60,463 bases of DNA from a virus. Its lineage: Duplodnaviria > Caudoviricetes. Of this stretch, positions 57,130 through 60,463 are shown piece after piece. Under the pieces are notes generated by a model that was not told where the DNA came from, ran no database searches, and saw only the letters and a list, made by a program, of their open reading frames with translations. Position numbers and translations under genes: made by a program. The stretch spans positions 1 through 60,463 of IMG/VR virus record IMGVR_UViG_3300030450_002177; one strand, 5' to 3'. Position 1 is the stretch's first letter. Every line of letters starts with the position of its first letter.

Positions 57130-59603
57130 TGCCAGAACTAACAGAAGAAGAACTAAAAGAGTATGAAAATGCTTTAGCAAGAGGAGATGTACGAAGACCT
57201 GAAGAGATAAAGCAAGATGCTACAGAAACCAGTGGTCTTTATGATGCTATTCTATCTGGATTAAGTAATGATGAAACTGCTCGACTTCGTTGGGTGGCTT
57301 CTAAAAGATTTCCAGAAGCTGAAGGTAAAGGTATAGACCCAGTAGATTATTATTATGTTGATGAAGATGGTGACGTAGCATATATGGACCCTATAAGTGG
57401 CAAACACAAAAAGGAATTTCAAGAATATGATTTGTTTGGCTTTGGAATGGATGCAGAAGATGTTGGTGGTTCAGTATTTCCAACCCTACAGTTTGTTTCT
57501 GAAGTTGTAGGTGGCGTAGGTGGATTAATTGGTGGTGGCTTAACTTTTGGATTGCCCGGTGCAGTAGGAGGTGGAGTAGGTGGTACAGCTGCTGCTGGTG
57601 GTACTATGTATGGAGTGAGGGCTGGTTTATCTCAAATGCTTGATGGACCTGAAATGAACACTCATAAAATGACTAAAGATTTAGCGTGGTCTAGTGCTTT
57701 TGGAGGTATACCATTTGGTGCACCAGCAAAAGCCTTTCCACAATTTGCTCAGGGTCTTGTAACTAAGTTTCCCGGTGTTGATGGCAGAAAACAATTACAA
57801 ATTCTACTTTCAGAAGGTGGCGAATCAGTAGAGGAAAAAATAGCTTTTGCTCAAAATAAATTTGGCGTGACATTAACTCGACCTGAAGCACAAATGCTTG
57901 CTAGTAGGGGAACTCAGATACAATATTATTTAGCCAAACAGCCTAATTCACAAAAGTTATGGGATTTTTACCACAACAGGAATATACAGGTTCAAAATAT
58001 AGCTGATGAATTTTTTACTGAAATCCAGACTGGAAAATATGCTAGAGAGGGCGTAAAAAACAAACTAACAGGTAAAGGAAGTTTGGATGCTCCACTTGAT
58101 GTTGCAAAAGCATCCGATTCAGTTCTTAAAAAACTAGCCCTAAAAAGACAAGAAAGAGCTGGCAAAATATACGATGATGCTTTTGGTATGCCTGATGTAA
58201 AAATAGATGTATCTGATTTGGTTAAAAGTTTGGATGACAAATTAGCTGATAAAAACATTAAAGGTAAATTGCGCAAATCCTTGGAAGCAGTTAAAGAATC
58301 TTTAATAGATCAAAACACAAAGCAATTAAAAAACACTACAGAAGGTTTGCACAACAGCCTTTCACAAGACTTTAGACCATTAATAGAAAGTTTAACCAAA
58401 GACAATCAACAGTTTATTAAACGAGAAGTTTCAAGAATAAGGGAACAGGTATCAGGCAGGTTAAAAGAAGCCAATCCTTTATATAAACAGGCAACTGAAG
58501 TATATGACCCCACTAAGGGGCATTTACAAGTTTTAGAGAGAAGTATTATAAATGCTTTGGCTAAGTCTGTTGAAAAAGGTGGTGCTCAAACAGCCAATAT
58601 GGCAAATAGATTATTTAAAGGAACTGCTAGTCCAAAAGAAATCAGAAATTTAAAAAGGCTTATTCAAACAGAAGACCCACAAGCATGGCAAAATCTAAAA
58701 GGAGCTTGGTTGCAAACTCAGTTTGATGATGCTGTAACAGGAACTACAAATGTATTGGGAGCTAATAATAAGTTTCTAGCAAGCATTGGCATTAGAAATG
58801 TTGACACTGCATTTCCAAGACTTAATCCTTCTGGAAATCTTACAGCCTCTGAGCTTGAACTATTAGGTCCAGAAATTGCCAAAGTAACAGCTAGAGGCAG
58901 AAAAGCAAAAGTTTGGGAGGCTATATTAGAGCCTGATGAATTAGATAACTTTGTTGACTTAATGGATTTAATGCAAGCTGTTAGTTATATATCAACTCGC
59001 TCTGGCTCGCCAACACAAAGTTTACAATCTTTAGCAAAAATTATAAACGAAGAAGGAGCTACGGGTTTAGGAAAAATTAAACAATATGGCGTTGGTATTT
59101 TTAATATAGTACCAAGATTAATAAACAGAGGATTTGATGATGTGTCGCAAAACATTTTAAACACACAAAAGGAAGTTTATGAAGACGCTTTAATTGAAGC
59201 ATTAATTAACCCTAAAAAAGCAGTGCAATTACGCCAATATTTAGACTCAATAAAGCCAAACACTTATCTTGCAACACAGGCATTTATGAGAGGTGGTTTG
59301 GAGTCTTTAGAAAATATTACGACTTCGATAGACGAGAGAAACAAAGCTATTGCTGAAGAACAGGAAGAATATAGGGGCGAAAAATTAAAAGAAGAGTATG
59401 AACAGCAACAACTGCAACAGAGTAACTTAGAAAACCTACAAGGCTCTATAAACAATTTTCAGATGCCTCAGTTAAATGCACCTTTGTTTGAAGCAGAATC
59501 TGGTTTAGAGCCTACAGAAATATTGTCCCCAACCATCATTCCAGATGAAAGAGATAGAGAGATCGCTATGAGGAGACAGCTAGGTATCGCTGGGCTGGTC
59601 TAA
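57129..59603 (+). CDS. large internal virion/ejection protein
   Basis: Gly-rich TM-like segment, helical body; last structural gene. Confidence 0.7.
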   Translation: MPELTEEELKEYENALARGDVRRPEEIKQDATETSGLYDAILSGLSNDETARLRWVASKRFPEAEGKGIDPVDYYYVDEDGDVAYMDPISGKHKKEFQEYDLFGFGMDAEDVGGSVFPTLQFVSEVVGGVGGLIGGGLTFGLPGAVGGGVGGTAAAGGTMYGVRAGLSQMLDGPEMNTHKMTKDLAWSSAFGGIPFGAPAKAFPQFAQGLVTKFPGVDGRKQLQILLSEGGESVEEKIAFAQNKFGVTLTRPEAQMLASRGTQIQYYLAKQPNSQKLWDFYHNRNIQVQNIADEFFTEIQTGKYAREGVKNKLTGKGSLDAPLDVAKASDSVLKKLALKRQERAGKIYDDAFGMPDVKIDVSDLVKSLDDKLADKNIKGKLRKSLEAVKESLIDQNTKQLKNTTEGLHNSLSQDFRPLIESLTKDNQQFIKREVSRIREQVSGRLKEANPLYKQATEVYDPTKGHLQVLERSIINALAKSVEKGGAQTANMANRLFKGTASPKEIRNLKRLIQTEDPQAWQNLKGAWLQTQFDDAVTGTTNVLGANNKFLASIGIRNVDTAFPRLNPSGNLTASELELLGPEIAKVTARGRKAKVWEAILEPDELDNFVDLMDLMQAVSYISTRSGSPTQSLQSLAKIINEEGATGLGKIKQYGVGIFNIVPRLINRGFDDVSQNILNTQKEVYEDALIEALINPKKAVQLRQYLDSIKPNTYLATQAFMRGGLESLENITTSIDERNKAIAEEQEEYRGEKLKEEYEQQQLQQSNLENLQGSINNFQMPQLNAPLFEAESGLEPTEILSPTIIPDERDREIAMRRQLGIAGLV

Positions 59604-59831
59604 GATTTCGTCTGTGGTGGCTTCAATCATTGCACCGTTCACATTAAAATCCATTTCATAACCCATTACGGTTTTACCGTCTACGTTGAAAACAACATTG
59701 CGAGACATCAGCCTAAGCAGCGCTGTTTGATGATGTAGAGTCAAACGACCATACAGCTCCACTATTTCACTAGGGTGCTCTATTTGATAAGAAACAGGAA
59801 CCTGCTTCTTTCTAAATAATTTTCCAAGCAT
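59580..59831 (-). CDS. hypothetical protein
   Basis: TAATG coupling with RHH gene; 24-nt convergent overlap. Confidence 0.6.
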   Translation of the reverse strand: MLGKLFRKKQVPVSYQIEHPSEIVELYGRLTLHHQTALLRLMSRNVVFNVDGKTVMGYEMDFNVNGAMIEATTDEILDQPSDT

Positions 59832-60031
59832 TACGCAAACTCTCGGTCAGCTACACTTTTGTTGATCTTTCCGTGAGCAGCTTCTATTAATATCTTCAGC
59901 TGGTCAATCTTTGATCGCCTTTGGTCGTTGCAAATGTCTTGCAACATATTATAAGTGTCAACGTCCACTGCTAGGCTTTTACGTCCTTTTGGATATTTTA
60001 TTTCCTTTTCTGTGTCTACATTTTCATTCAT
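59831..60031 (-). CDS. ribbon-helix-helix transcriptional regulator
   Basis: RKSLAV strand + two helices; TTGTAA-17-TACAAT promoter 9 nt upstream. Confidence 0.65.
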   Translation of the reverse strand: MNENVDTEKEIKYPKGRKSLAVDVDTYNMLQDICNDQRRSKIDQLKILIEAAHGKINKSVADREFA

Positions 60032-60100
60032 GTCGGTAGCATTGTATAGAAAGATACAGATATTTACAACATTTTATAGTATAAAAATTAATTAAATATA

Positions 60101-60185
60101 TTTGTATAAATATGTATACATTTGTATAAAAAAGTGTATAATAAATATGTGGTGATAATTAAAAACAAAAAAGAAGGGGGTAAAA
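60101..60185 (+). promoter_or_regulatory. early promoter/leader copy D with phased TGTATA repeats
   Basis: TATAAT at 60137; leader GTGGTGATAA at +7; TGTATA at 60103, 60113, 60123, 60135. Confidence 0.7.
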
Positions 60186-60320
60186 ATGGTTAGAGTTATG
60201 AATTATTTAGAAAGACACAGTATTAGTGTTGCCATGATAAACATGGTAGCTAGTATTTATATAGCTGAAGCAGTAATCAACTTTGTTGCTTACATATTAA
60301 AAATAGTGGGGGTAGCGTAA
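60186..60320 (+). CDS. small hydrophobic early protein (44 aa, not in track)
   Basis: purine-rich SD, TAATG coupling. Confidence 0.55.
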   Translation: MVRVMNYLERHSISVAMINMVASIYIAEAVINFVAYILKIVGVA

Positions 60321-60463
60321 TGGGAACTACAGTAGATTTTATTAGAAGTAAGGATAGACCAAACCCTGTAAAGGTGGCAGAGAAATCTTTAAATAGAGTG
60401 GAAGGCTGGAAGGTTTTAGCCAGCAATAAAGAGTATGTTGGTAAAGACTTTGGTTTTTATCAG
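60320..60463 (+). CDS. N-terminal part of junction-spanning early protein
   Basis: 48 open codons continuing into 1..180. Confidence 0.75.
   Translation, partial: MGTTVDFIRSKDRPNPVKVAEKSLNRVEGWKVLASNKEYVGKDFGFYQ

Noticed and set aside
1-60463. tRNA/rRNA genes, introns, inteins
   Set aside because: No cloverleaf or T-loop signature in intergenic gaps by eye; TerL, primase and MCP are uninterrupted and of ordinary length

Overview
This window looks like a complete, circularly permuted ~60.5 kb AT-rich podovirus-type dsDNA phage genome of a Gram-negative, probably marine host. An ORF starting at 60320 reads in frame across the end/start junction to a stop at 178-180. Replication/recombination genes are a TOPRIM-VapE primase-helicase, SSB, RecE-like nuclease and resolvase, with no DNA polymerase. 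There is a TAGT-like glycosyltransferase and four 2OG-Fe(II) oxygenases. Packaging and virion genes are TerS and TerL (about 25 kb apart), portal, GroES, scaffold, major capsid, adaptor/nozzle, ejection proteins and an S74-chaperone tail fibre. A lysis cassette, a serine recombinase and four dispersed early-gene cassettes with a shared promoter/leader are also present. Four features stand out. (1) Two hairpin RNAs have loops complementary in trans, one to the 5' ends of all four early transcripts and one to the RBS flank of a putative holin. (2) Two perfect chromosomal-type parS palindromes occur with no phage parAB. (3) A RelA/SpoT-like toxin polyprotein carries a nested antisense, leaderless candidate immunity gene. 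(4) An F/Y-x-x-G-G candidate processing motif is shared by dispersed cargo proteins and ejection proteins. All family calls come from motif recognition by eye; no database searches were run.
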